Shown in pieces: positions 9,665-19,053 of a stretch of 64,000 nt of DNA; position 1 is the first letter of the stretch, and each line of letters begins with the position of its first letter. A model generated the notes under the pieces. The model ran no database searches. It saw only the letters and a program-made list of their open reading frames with translations, and was not told where the DNA came from. The translations under genes and the position numbers were made by a program. The DNA is from Candidatus Omnitrophota bacterium (GTDB lineage: Bacteria > Omnitrophota > Gorgyraeia > Zapsychrales > Zapsychraceae): NCBI GenBank assembly GCA_003528115.1, contig DOGZ01000012.1:2095-66094 (forward strand). The letters run 5' to 3'.

Positions 9665-10759
9665 TCAGCGGCCCAAGTGAACGGGCACGCATTTGCCCCC
9701 CCAGATGCCGGGCTTTTCATCAAAATGTCCCGCGCACACAGCGCCGCAGGTGTCGCAGTGATTTTTGTTCTTCAAGTGGTAGCCCCCTAATCGATACCAG
9801 TCTCGCTCAATCAACACCTGGCCGCAATGATGACAATACGTGCTGGCCCCTTGGGAATCGTGGACATTGCCTGTGTAAACATACCTGAGCCCTTTGGACA
9901 AAGCGATGGCGCGGGCACGGGTTAATGTGACCGGCGGGGTCGGCGGATGGTCCAGCATTTTGAAATCCGGATGAAAGGCGGAGAAATGCAGGGGCACATC
10001 GGTCCCCAATTTCTCAGCAATCCACTGCGTCATGGCATGCAGTTCCTTGTCGCTGTCGTTTTCCCCGGGGATCAATAAATTCGTAATCTCCAGCCAAACA
10101 TTGGTCTGCGTTTTTAAATAAACCAAGGTATCCAACACCGGTTGTAAGGCGGCCAAAGTGATTTTTCTGTAAAAATCATCGGTAAAAGCCTTCAAATCAA
10201 CGTTGGCCGCGTCCATCCGGCGGAAAAACTCCGGACGGGCCTGTTCCGTGATGTACCCGGCGGTAACTGCTACGGTCTTAATCCCCATTTCATGGGCCGC
10301 CTCAGCCACATCCATCGCGTACTCCGCGAAAATCACCGGGTCATTGTACGTAAAAGCGATACTCGCGCACCCCAGGTTCTTGGCCGCCTGGGCAATCTCC
10401 TTCGCAGAGGCCGCGTCCGTCAAACGGTCAAATTCCCGTGATTTGCTGATATCCCAATTTTGACAGAATTTACAACCGAGATTACAGCCTGCTGTCCCAA
10501 AAGAAAGAACACTCGTCCCCGGGTAAAAATGGTTCAATGGTTTCTTCTCAATGGGGTCGATGCAAAAGCCGCTGCTGCGGCCATACGCGGTTAAAATCAT
10601 CCGGCCGCCGACATTCTTGCGGACAAAACAAAATCCGCGCTGTCCCTCATCCAGGGTGCAATAGCGCGGACACAGCCCACAGCGGATCCGCCCGTCCGGC
10701 CTCTTTTCCCAAAATCGTCCCCGATAAAGATCGGAATTCGTATTTCCCATGATACACAC
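9665..10759 (-). CDS. amrS: AmmeMemoRadiSam-system radical SAM enzyme (AmrS-like, PFL-activase-like)
   Basis: N-terminal CGLCPRYC plus a CNLGCKFCQNW radical-SAM cluster motif. C-terminal Cys-rich tail CHHCGQ...CDTCGAVCAGH. Confidence 0.75.
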   Translation of the reverse strand: MCIMGNTNSDLYRGRFWEKRPDGRIRCGLCPRYCTLDEGQRGFCFVRKNVGGRMILTAYGRSSGFCIDPIEKKPLNHFYPGTSVLSFGTAGCNLGCKFCQNWDISKSREFDRLTDAASAKEIAQAAKNLGCASIAFTYNDPVIFAEYAMDVAEAAHEMGIKTVAVTAGYITEQARPEFFRRMDAANVDLKAFTDDFYRKITLAALQPVLDTLVYLKTQTNVWLEITNLLIPGENDSDKELHAMTQWIAEKLGTDVPLHFSAFHPDFKMLDHPPTPPVTLTRARAIALSKGLRYVYTGNVHDSQGASTYCHHCGQVLIERDWYRLGGYHLKNKNHCDTCGAVCAGHFDEKPGIWGGKCVPVHLGR

Positions 10760-10949
10760 CCCCTCTGCTCAATGGCGGAATAGTCGATCAATCTCCCACT
10801 TTTATTCTAATATGTCCCTTGAGATAATGCATCAAGTAATCCTGACGCGATCCTGACGCGTTATCTCAGCCTGATCTCCAAGAAATTTATTGACATTCCC
10901 CCTCGCGCGTTTAATATACCTACAAAACTTTTGAAGTTCACCTTCGCCG

Positions 10950-12767
10950 ATGAAAAAATCCTTTAACCCCCAATTCAACACACCCCCTGAAAACTTTTGC
11001 AAAGAAGAGTTCGTTAAACTGAACTCACGCGGTCTAAGAGGAGACCTTTATCAAGAACTGCGCGACGACAAGCCGGATATCGCCTGGGAGTCGGAACAAC
11101 TGGCTAAATCGCACGGGATTTATCTGGAATACAACCGCGCCATGTCCGGAGACGAAAAAGAATGGATCTACATGATCCGTTTCGGCATCCCGGGCGGCGG
11201 GCCTATTTCCCGAAGCCAATGGCTGCTCTTCGATGAATTATCTGAAAAATACACCGTTGATCCCGAGGGCTCATCCTCCTTGCGTTTAACCACGCGTCAG
11301 AACATTCAATTCCACTGGATCAAAAAACAAAATCTTATTCCCATCATTAAAACACTCGCCGAAGCCGGCCGCAACAGCCTCAACGGCTGCGGCGACAACA
11401 TGCGTAACGTCTTGGGGTGTCCACTCTCGGATCATTCGGATCTCTTTAACGCGCGCCGATGGGCCCAACGGACCGGCGAATATTTCCAGCTTCCCCTGGA
11501 TCCTTTTATCGAAATCTTTGCCGTTGACCCGCATCGGGTCGATAAACCCGCCGCCTCCTTTGCGTACGGGCCCAATTTGCTCAACCGTAAATTTAAGATC
11601 GCCTTTTCCGCGATCCATAAAAACCCGCTTACTGGACAACTGGTGCCGGATAATTGCGTGGAAGTCTTGACCAACGATGTCGGCGTCGTGCCTATTGTCG
11701 AAAATCATGTTGTTAAGAAATTTCAAATTTATATCGGCGGAGGGCAAGGCGAACGCAACGGTAAACCCTCGCTGGCCTGTTTAGCTCAACCGCTGGGCAT
11801 TGTCGCCGAGGATCAGCTCCTGAAGGTCCTGGACGGCATTGTGCACGTTCATCAAGCCTACGGCGACAGACAAAATCGCGTCTGGGCACGTCTGAAATTT
11901 GTCGTGAAGAAGATGGGCATCGCGTGGTACCGGGATCAAGTCACGGCCAAGGTTGGTTTTTCCCTGGAGCCACCCGACTCGACTCTCGACATCGGAGACC
12001 GCCATCTGCATCACGGCTGGCATCAGCAACCGGACAACGGGTTGTTCACCTTCGGTGCCTTTGTGGAAACCGGCCGGATCACGGACGCCGGCCCCAACGG
12101 CCGTCTGAAAACCATGGTTCGGGAGATGGTCAACACCTATCCCGTGGACCTGATGATTACGCCCAACCAGGATCTCCTTTTTACCAATATCCCGCCCACA
12201 GACAAAGAGTCCTTTGAAACAGATTTACGGCATTACGGCTATGGGTTTCGCAATAGCAAACCTTATTCCCGTTTAAGAGTCCTTTCCGGAGCCTGTGTCG
12301 GTCGGGACACCTGCCGTTTGACTTACACCGACTCCGAGCGGTTTGAACCGTTTTTAATCGATGAACTTGAGGCCATGGGATGGGGAGATCTGGCGGAATC
12401 GGTGGGGGTCACAGGATGTGAACGGCAGTGTTTTCGCCCCGCCACCAAATCAATCGGTCTGGTGGGCAGCGGGTTTGAACGGTATCAATTTGTCTTGTTC
12501 GGGGACGAAACCGCCCGCGTCCAAGGAACGCCCCTCATTGCGAGCAACGGCGAAGAGTTGTATCTGCGCTCAGTCCCTCGGGAAAAGGTGGCCCAGGTGA
12601 TCGATGTCCTTTTGAAATTCTACAAGCGCACCGCGCAACCAGGCGAGGGCCTGGGGGCGTTTCACCGCAGGATCGGCGCCGACGCCATCATCGGGCATCT
12701 CAAAGAAAATCCTCTCACGGCACAACTCATGGACAAACCGTTCAACACCGATTGCATGATTGTCTGA
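10950..12767 (+). CDS. cysI: Sulfite reductase hemoprotein-type nitrite/sulfite reductase (CysI-like)
   Basis: TTRQNIQFHWI matches the ferredoxin-like half-domain. The siroheme/4Fe-4S cysteines are SGACVGRDTC and TGCERQC...IGLVG (compare E. coli TGCPNGC...GLVG). Confidence 0.8.
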   Translation: MKKSFNPQFNTPPENFCKEEFVKLNSRGLRGDLYQELRDDKPDIAWESEQLAKSHGIYLEYNRAMSGDEKEWIYMIRFGIPGGGPISRSQWLLFDELSEKYTVDPEGSSSLRLTTRQNIQFHWIKKQNLIPIIKTLAEAGRNSLNGCGDNMRNVLGCPLSDHSDLFNARRWAQRTGEYFQLPLDPFIEIFAVDPHRVDKPAASFAYGPNLLNRKFKIAFSAIHKNPLTGQLVPDNCVEVLTNDVGVVPIVENHVVKKFQIYIGGGQGERNGKPSLACLAQPLGIVAEDQLLKVLDGIVHVHQAYGDRQNRVWARLKFVVKKMGIAWYRDQVTAKVGFSLEPPDSTLDIGDRHLHHGWHQQPDNGLFTFGAFVETGRITDAGPNGRLKTMVREMVNTYPVDLMITPNQDLLFTNIPPTDKESFETDLRHYGYGFRNSKPYSRLRVLSGACVGRDTCRLTYTDSERFEPFLIDELEAMGWGDLAESVGVTGCERQCFRPATKSIGLVGSGFERYQFVLFGDETARVQGTPLIASNGEELYLRSVPREKVAQVIDVLLKFYKRTAQPGEGLGAFHRRIGADAIIGHLKENPLTAQLMDKPFNTDCMIV

Positions 12768-12811
12768 CCAATCCCCTGTCGCCGGGGTATTCGTCCCTGA
12801 TCCCTTGGTGT

Positions 12812-14185
12812 TTACAGGACCGCCACGATTTCCTGCAACGACACAAATTTCTCCCGGGGTTTGCCTAAACATTTTCCGCGTTCCATCTCGACGGCGTCAA
12901 TTTTTTTCCAATCCGCAAAACTGATCACGCGCCCTTTTTTTTCCAGGAGAAGACGCGCCAAGGCGTCCATGTCCTGACTCTCGCAGGGTTGTAATTGAGG
13001 CATATCTTCCAAAAGATGCTTCACCGTCTCCTGACTATCGGCTTTGTTTGTTCCAATAACTCCCGACGGCCCCCGCTTAATCCATCCCGTCGCATAAAAA
13101 CCCGCCAGGACTTGATTCCCCTCCATCACCCGCCCCTGGCTGTTAGGGACAATGCCCTTTTCTTCGTTGAAGGGCAACCCTCGCATCGGAATTCCCCGGT
13201 AACCAACGCTTCGAAATAAAATATCGGACGCGAGCTCTTCCTTGTCCCCAGTCCCTTTGGCCTTTTGCCGGCCCGCCTCGCCCTCCAAGCGGTTTTTCTC
13301 CAAAATCACTTTCTGGACTTTTCCCTGTCCCACAATTTCAACGGGGCTTCGTAGAAAATGGCAATAAAATTTCTTCCTTTTTGTTTTGGAGGCGCTCGAA
13401 GAAAGTTTCTTCAAGATCTCAAAATTTTTAATGGCGTGGACATTGGCCGGATCGCTTAATTCTTGCCGGCTGGCCTCATTGATTTCCATGTCCCTGGGGT
13501 CTACGACCGGATCACAATCACCGAGATCCCCAAACTCATCAATTTCCACCGGCGTAAACGCGGCCTGGGCCGGCCCCCGTCGGCCGATCATGTGCACTTC
13601 CTTGACGCGGCTCGCGGCAAGGAGATCCAGGGCGTATCCGGCGATGTCGGTCGTTTTTAATTCATCCGCTGTTTTACATAAAATACGGCACACATCGACG
13701 GCCACATTGCCCTGTCCGATAACGACCGCCACCTCACCGGATAAATCAAAGCGCCTGTCTTTATAATCCGGATGGCCGTTGTACCAGGCCACGAATTCCG
13801 TGGCGGTATGACTGCCGGGCAAATCCTCTCCCGGGATGCCAAGTTTTTTGTCCGTCTCGGCGCCATAAGCCAAAATAACGGCATCAAAAAATCGCTTCAA
13901 TTCCCCCAAGCTGATGTCCCGGCCGACGTTCACGTTCCCCCAAAAAGCGAATCCTTTCTTTTCCGCTATCCGTTCATAGACTTTGATGACGTTCTTGATC
14001 TTCTGATGATCCGGCGCGACCCCGTAACGCACAAGGCCGTAGGGAGACGGCAACCGGTCAAACATATCCACCCGCACCGGCACTTGTGACGACAATAACG
14101 CGTCCGCGGCATAAAAACCGCTCGGCCCGCTCCCGATAATGGCCACCCTCAAAGGTCTTTGGTTAGTTCCCAGCTCTTCGGACAT
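12812..14185 (-). CDS. fprA: NADPH:ferredoxin/adrenodoxin oxidoreductase, FprA family
   Basis: [16 protein letters not shown] is an FAD-binding Rossmann motif. A second NADPH motif, [11 protein letters not shown], is present. The overall AdR/FprA-like layout runs to 457 aa. Confidence 0.8.
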   Translation of the reverse strand: MSEELGTNQRPLRVAIIGSGPSGFYAADALLSSQVPVRVDMFDRLPSPYGLVRYGVAPDHQKIKNVIKVYERIAEKKGFAFWGNVNVGRDISLGELKRFFDAVILAYGAETDKKLGIPGEDLPGSHTATEFVAWYNGHPDYKDRRFDLSGEVAVVIGQGNVAVDVCRILCKTADELKTTDIAGYALDLLAASRVKEVHMIGRRGPAQAAFTPVEIDEFGDLGDCDPVVDPRDMEINEASRQELSDPANVHAIKNFEILKKLSSSASKTKRKKFYCHFLRSPVEIVGQGKVQKVILEKNRLEGEAGRQKAKGTGDKEELASDILFRSVGYRGIPMRGLPFNEEKGIVPNSQGRVMEGNQVLAGFYATGWIKRGPSGVIGTNKADSQETVKHLLEDMPQLQPCESQDMDALARLLLEKKGRVISFADWKKIDAVEMERGKCLGKPREKFVSLQEIVAVL

Positions 14186-14451
14186 AATAGTCTTCTCCTC
14201 TTTAAGTTAACAGCAGGTTATCCTTCCACCGGACTTCCTCAAAAGTGCAGTGCGTGGGTCAATAAACGCGTTTGGGTTCTCATCCTTACATTCGATCTTC
14301 TTCTTGTCAAGGCCACAAACATATATTTGCCCGTCATCATGACCAATCATTAAAAAATTTCACGTTGACATCACTTGTTATTTTGTTAATCTGGTTGCGT
14401 CTGCAACATTAAAAAATAGTACGTTAAAAAATTTCGTTAAGGAGACACCGC

Positions 14452-15579
14452 ATGCGCATCGGAGTTCCCAAAGAAACGCACCCAAACGAACCGCGGGTCG
14501 CCCTGATCCCCGCTTCCGTCGCTCGATTAGTCGCCATCGGGGCCGATGTCGCGGTTGAACCGGGGCTTGGTTTGACCATTGGCTTTTCCGACAAGGCGTA
14601 TGAAGACGCCGGCGCCAAAATTTGTGAGAGAACCGCGCTCTTCTCTTCGTCGGATATCATTGTGCGTTTGCGCAAACCACCCCAGGAGGAAATCGCTCCA
14701 TTAAAAAAGAACGCCGTTCACATCAGCTTTCTTGATCCCTTCCATGAGGTTTCCTTAATCGACGCGTTGGTCCGATGTCAGATAAGCGCCATCAGTATGG
14801 AAATGATTCCCAGGACCACCCTTGCGCAAAAAATGGATGCTTTAAGTTCTCAGGCCAATTTAGCCGGTTACGCTTCCGTCATCCTCGCCGCTGAAAAGAT
14901 GAATAAAATTCTCCCGATGATGATGACCCCGGCCGGGACGATAGCCCCAGCCCAGGTTTTTATCATCGGCGTCGGAGTTGCCGGACTTCAGGCCATTGCC
15001 ACGGCCAAACGTCTAGGCGCCCGGGTGGAGGCCTTTGATACGCGTCCTGTTGTTGAAGAACAAGTTCAGTCCCTGGGCGCGAAATTCATCAAGATGGATC
15101 TCGGGGAAACAGCACAGACCAAAGACGGTTACGCCCAGGCCCTCACGCCGGAACAAATCGAAAAACAGCGTCAAGGGATGGCGAAGGTCTGCGCCAGGGC
15201 GGACATTGTGATTACCACCGCGCAAATTTTCGGCCGCAAGGCGCCTGTGATCCTGACCCGGGACATGCTGGCCCAGATGAAACCCGGAAGTATTGTGATT
15301 GACATGGCGGTGGAATCCGGCGGAAATGTGGAAGGATCGAAGCTGGATGAGGAAGTCGTGATCCACGGAGTGCGGATCCTGGGTTCAGGAAACCTGCCGG
15401 GTCGCGTGGCGTTTCATGCCAGCCAGATGTATTCCAACAACCTCACGAATCTGATCGAGGCCTATTGGAACAAAGAGACCAATTCCTTTGTCATCAACCT
15501 GACTGACCCAATTCTCAAGGGGTGTTTAATCACCCATAACGGCGAAATCGTGAATGAAACTATAAAAAACCTTCGATAG
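14452..15579 (+). CDS. pntAA: NAD(P) transhydrogenase alpha subunit, part 1 (soluble dI)
   Basis: MRIGVPKETHPNEPRVALIP is the AlaDH/PNT N-terminal domain. GVGVAGLQA is the NAD-binding motif. Confidence 0.85.
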   Translation: MRIGVPKETHPNEPRVALIPASVARLVAIGADVAVEPGLGLTIGFSDKAYEDAGAKICERTALFSSSDIIVRLRKPPQEEIAPLKKNAVHISFLDPFHEVSLIDALVRCQISAISMEMIPRTTLAQKMDALSSQANLAGYASVILAAEKMNKILPMMMTPAGTIAPAQVFIIGVGVAGLQAIATAKRLGARVEAFDTRPVVEEQVQSLGAKFIKMDLGETAQTKDGYAQALTPEQIEKQRQGMAKVCARADIVITTAQIFGRKAPVILTRDMLAQMKPGSIVIDMAVESGGNVEGSKLDEEVVIHGVRILGSGNLPGRVAFHASQMYSNNLTNLIEAYWNKETNSFVINLTDPILKGCLITHNGEIVNETIKNLR

Positions 15580-15591
15580 TAAGGAGCGCCT

Positions 15592-15894
15592 ATGGATGCC
15601 ACTATCCTAGCCTATGTCTTCCTTGTTTTTGTCCTGTCCCTTTTTCTTGGAGTTGAGCTGATTTCCAAAGTCCCCTCCATCTTGCATACGCCCCTGATGT
15701 CGGCATCCAACGCCATCTCCGGGATCACCATCGTCGGCGCCCTTGTCTCCGCAGGGACCGCCGAAAGCAAATTCAGTCTGTTTTTAGGGACCCTGGCCGT
15801 GATCTTTGCCATGATCAATGTCGTCGGAGGATATCTGGTCACGGACCGCATGCTGGCCATGTTTAAAAAGAAAGAAACGGCAGGTAAGCCATGA
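15592..15894 (+). CDS. pntAB: NAD(P) transhydrogenase alpha subunit, part 2 (membrane)
   Basis: 100-aa, 3-TM protein located between pntAA and pntB. It overlaps pntB by 4 nt. Confidence 0.8.
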   Translation: MDATILAYVFLVFVLSLFLGVELISKVPSILHTPLMSASNAISGITIVGALVSAGTAESKFSLFLGTLAVIFAMINVVGGYLVTDRMLAMFKKKETAGKP

Positions 15895-17273
15895 ACTTAA
15901 ATATTCTCATTGATATCTTTTATATCCTGGCGGCTATCTTGTTTGCCCTGGGATTAAGAATGCTCAACTCCCCGGCTACGGCGAGGAAAGGTAATCTTTT
16001 TTCAGCCGTCGGCATGCTCCTGGCCATCGTCGCCACCCTACTCGTCAAAGGATTAAGTTTTCAATGGATCATTGTAGGGGCCGTGATCGGAACGGCCCTG
16101 GGCATTTTCGCCGCGCAAAGAGTGGCGATGACCGCCATGCCCGAGATGGTGGCTCTGCTCAACGGATCAGGCGGACTGGCCAGCCTTCTCGTTGCCTCGG
16201 CCGTCTATCATCACCACCCGGAATCGGGCGCGTTAACCGCCCTCACCATTTTTCTTTCTGTCCTGATCGGCGGTGTCACCTTTACAGGCAGCCTCGTGGC
16301 GTGGGGGAAATTAAGTGAAAAACTTCCCGGAAAACCTATTCTGTATCCCGGCCAGCAGATAGGCAATATCGCTTTATTGATAGCGCTCCTGACCTGCGGA
16401 ATCCTTTTCACCCTGAATCCCGCGGGAAACTACCCAATTTTTTTACTTTCAATTCTTTTTTCCCTTATTTTAGGTGTGCTGGTGGTCATCCCCATCGGCG
16501 GCGCCGACATGCCGGTGGTGATCTCCCTGTTAAACAGCTACTCCGGGTTGGCCGCTTGCGCCACGGGATTCGTGATCCTCAACAACATTTTAATCGTCGC
16601 CGGCGCGCTGGTGGGGGCCAGCGGCATTATCCTCACCCAAATCATGTGCAAGGCCATGAACCGATCCCTGTCCCACGTCCTTTTCAGCGGCTTTGGGGCC
16701 GTGCCTCATCCAAGGACCGAAGGGCCCCACGGGGAAGTCAAGGCCCTGAGTATTGCGGATGCCTATTTTATCCTTGAAGCGGCCCGTTCCGTTGTTTTTG
16801 TCCCCGGCTACGGCATGGCCGTGGCCCAGGCGCAGTACGCGGTCCGGGAATTGGCGAAACTGCTCGAGGCCAATGGAACAGAAGTCCGTTACGCGATCCA
16901 CCCCGTCGCGGGCCGCATGCCGGGCCACATGAATGTCCTCCTGGCCGAGGCGAATGTCCCTTATGAGCAGCTTGTGGAAATGGACGCCATCAACAGGATC
17001 ATGGAAACCCTGGATGTGGCGATTGTCATCGGCGCCAACGACGTCGTGAACCCTGCCGCGCGAAACGATAAATCCAGTCCTATTTACGGCATGCCGATCA
17101 TCAATGTGGATAAAGCCAAGACGGTGTTTGTGATGAAACGTTCCCTGGGGGCGGGATTCGCGGGAGTCCAAAATGATTTATTCTATTACGAAAATACCCG
17201 TATGATCCTGGGCGATGCGAAGCAATCCGTTCAGAACCTCATCGCGGAATTCAAAGCGGGAAGATCGACATGA
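15891..17273 (+). CDS. pntB: NAD(P) transhydrogenase beta subunit
   Basis: N-terminal polytopic membrane domain. The C-terminal dIII NADP(H)-binding domain shows GYGMAVAQAQ...GANDVVNP. Confidence 0.9.
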   Translation: MNLNILIDIFYILAAILFALGLRMLNSPATARKGNLFSAVGMLLAIVATLLVKGLSFQWIIVGAVIGTALGIFAAQRVAMTAMPEMVALLNGSGGLASLLVASAVYHHHPESGALTALTIFLSVLIGGVTFTGSLVAWGKLSEKLPGKPILYPGQQIGNIALLIALLTCGILFTLNPAGNYPIFLLSILFSLILGVLVVIPIGGADMPVVISLLNSYSGLAACATGFVILNNILIVAGALVGASGIILTQIMCKAMNRSLSHVLFSGFGAVPHPRTEGPHGEVKALSIADAYFILEAARSVVFVPGYGMAVAQAQYAVRELAKLLEANGTEVRYAIHPVAGRMPGHMNVLLAEANVPYEQLVEMDAINRIMETLDVAIVIGANDVVNPAARNDKSSPIYGMPIINVDKAKTVFVMKRSLGAGFAGVQNDLFYYENTRMILGDAKQSVQNLIAEFKAGRST

Positions 17274-17289
17274 CCTCGTGTTCCATTAC

Positions 17290-17562
17290 TTTTGCGAAAG
17301 TCCGTAGTCCTGTGTCAACTCAATGGTAGATTGTTTGACACAGCACAACACTGCGCCTTTTCTGAAAAATATTTATTGAAAGCTAATTTGACGGCGCAGT
17401 GGAAATCATTTCATCGACACGAATTTATATACGTTTTCTACCTTTTAATGCGGATTTCCTTTTACTGACTTCCGCAAAAGCAATGAATCACTATGGTAGT
17501 CAGCATCTCGACCTCCGTCCGCTGGATGGTTTAATTCTATTCCTTGTGCGGAGGTCAATAGG
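17290..17562 (+). repeat. Structured intergenic repeat, copy 1 (carries about 100 nt extra relative to copy 2)
   Basis: It shares several segments with 25398..25592: ttttgcgaaagtcc, a hairpin, acaacactgcgccttttctgaaaa, aatttgacggcgcagt, and the core ctgacttccgcaaaagcaatgaa-cactatggtagtcag-atctcgacctccgtccgctggatggtttaattctatt..ttgtgcggaggtcaata. Confidence 0.8.
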
Positions 17563-17916
17563 CGCCCGGAGGGAAGCGGTTTTCTTCTTTCGGTCCATCA
17601 AAGAAACCCCGACGAGCGCATAGCTGGCGGTTGCCTTCCTTTCCACCCGAATCACTTTGACGCGGCCTTTGAAGATATCCAGGACGCCGGACATCACCAC
17701 GCGGATTTCCAGGACATCCCCTTTTTGGTATTCCTGATCCGTGTAAAATGATAACCCGCCGATACTCATATCCTGGGTCGTTGATAAAAACGAATCCCGT
17801 TGCAGATCCTTGCGCTTGCTTTCCTTAAGACTGTATTCAATACTCAAGACCCGCCTCGCCCGGACCCATTGACGGCGTTCACCGGCCGCTTGTTTAACCA
17901 CTGCTTGTTTAACCAT
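17500..17916 (-). CDS. PilZ-domain protein (c-di-GMP binding)
   Basis: RARRV...DMSIGGLSF matches the PilZ RxxxR / DxSxGG motifs. The start is assigned to the internal Met, MVKQAVVKQ, to avoid overlap with ald. The last about 19 codons, IDLRTRNRIKPSSGRRSRC, are encoded by the repeat element. Confidence 0.6.
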   Translation of the reverse strand: MVKQAVVKQAAGERRQWVRARRVLSIEYSLKESKRKDLQRDSFLSTTQDMSIGGLSFYTDQEYQKGDVLEIRVVMSGVLDIFKGRVKVIRVERKATASYALVGVSLMDRKKKTASLRAPIDLRTRNRIKPSSGRRSRC

Positions 17917-17929
17917 GCGCTCCCTTCCT

Positions 17930-19033
17930 TTATAAAGATTTCCATGAAAGACCGAACGTTTCGGCCACCTCTTGAATGACCAACTCCCCATCGCGCATAT
18001 TCACGGACCGTTTCAAGGCAAAGATATTCCGGACAGCTTTCTCATAACCGTTGTTGGCAAGTAATAAAATATACGGAAGTGTCGCATTCGTCAAGGCGTA
18101 TGTGCTTGTCCGGGCGACAGCTCCGGGCATATTGGTCACGCAGTAATGCACCACCCCGTCGACAACATAGGTGGGGTTGTCGTGGGTCGTGGGACGGCTG
18201 GTCTCGCACGAACCTCCTTGATCAATGGCCACATCCACGATCACGGCCCCGGTCTTCATTTGAGACACGAGCTCACGGCTGATCAAACAAGGGGCCTTGG
18301 CCCCGCGCTTGAGCACACTGCTGATGACCAAATCCGCCTTCAACACACTGTCCCGGATCGTGTAACTGTTGCTCATCAGGGTATGGACATTAGGCGGCAT
18401 GATCTCATCCAAATACCTCAAACGGTTGAGATTTACATCCATGACCGTAACATTAGCCCCGAGACCCGCCGCCATCTTGCAGGCATTGGCACCGACCACG
18501 CCGGCCCCGATAATCACAACATCCGCCGGGATCACCCCCGGGACGCCTCCCAAAAGGATTCCCCTTCCTTTCATAGGCTCCTCAAGATACTTGGCCCCCT
18601 CGTGAACGGCCATGCGGCCCGCCACCTCACTCATGGGCGTCAAACAGGGCAACTCTCCGCTTTCTAATTGAAGGGTCTCGTAGGCCATGGCGACAATCCG
18701 GGAAGCCAGCAGGGCCTCCGTCAATGACCGACTGGCGGCGAAATGAAAATACGTAAAGACGATCTGACCGGGCCTTAACAACGCGTATTCCCCTTCCTGC
18801 GGCTCTTTGATCTTGACAATCATCTCGGCCTCGGCATAAATCTCCGCCGGAGAATCCAGAATGACCGCCCCCGAGGCCTGATATTCCCCGTCCGTAATAC
18901 CGCTCCCCAGCCCTGCGCCCTTCTCTAGGTAGACTTTATGCCCGTCCCGCTTGAGCATGTCCACCCCCACAGGTAAAAGGGCCACCCGGTATTCATTGTT
19001 TTTGATTTCTTTAGGGACACCGATAATCATCAT
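17930..19033 (-). CDS. ald: Alanine dehydrogenase
   Basis: N-terminus MIIGVPKEIKNNEYRVALLPVGV. GAGVVGANA is the NAD-binding motif. Confidence 0.9.
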   Translation of the reverse strand: MMIIGVPKEIKNNEYRVALLPVGVDMLKRDGHKVYLEKGAGLGSGITDGEYQASGAVILDSPAEIYAEAEMIVKIKEPQEGEYALLRPGQIVFTYFHFAASRSLTEALLASRIVAMAYETLQLESGELPCLTPMSEVAGRMAVHEGAKYLEEPMKGRGILLGGVPGVIPADVVIIGAGVVGANACKMAAGLGANVTVMDVNLNRLRYLDEIMPPNVHTLMSNSYTIRDSVLKADLVISSVLKRGAKAPCLISRELVSQMKTGAVIVDVAIDQGGSCETSRPTTHDNPTYVVDGVVHYCVTNMPGAVARTSTYALTNATLPYILLLANNGYEKAVRNIFALKRSVNMRDGELVIQEVAETFGLSWKSL

Positions 19034-19053
19034 GGAATAAACCTGTTATTTTT

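Noticed and set aside
10203-10791. Plus- and minus-strand ORFs of 64–86 aa inside and at the start of the AmrS gene
   Set aside because: They are antisense or overlapping with a motif-rich radical-SAM gene, and no features of their own.
17520-17545. tRNA-like T-loop resemblance (ggatggtttaattc versus GGTTCGAATCC) inside the repeat core
   Set aside because: No acceptor stem, D arm or anticodon arm can be built around it. It is more likely part of a hairpin loop.
17399-17623. 74-aa plus-strand ORF covering repeat copy 1, with a parallel short ORF in copy 2
   Set aside because: Differences between copies are mostly non-synonymous and include a compensatory stem change, which argues for a structural rather than coding element. 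The reading frames are not conserved in copy 3.
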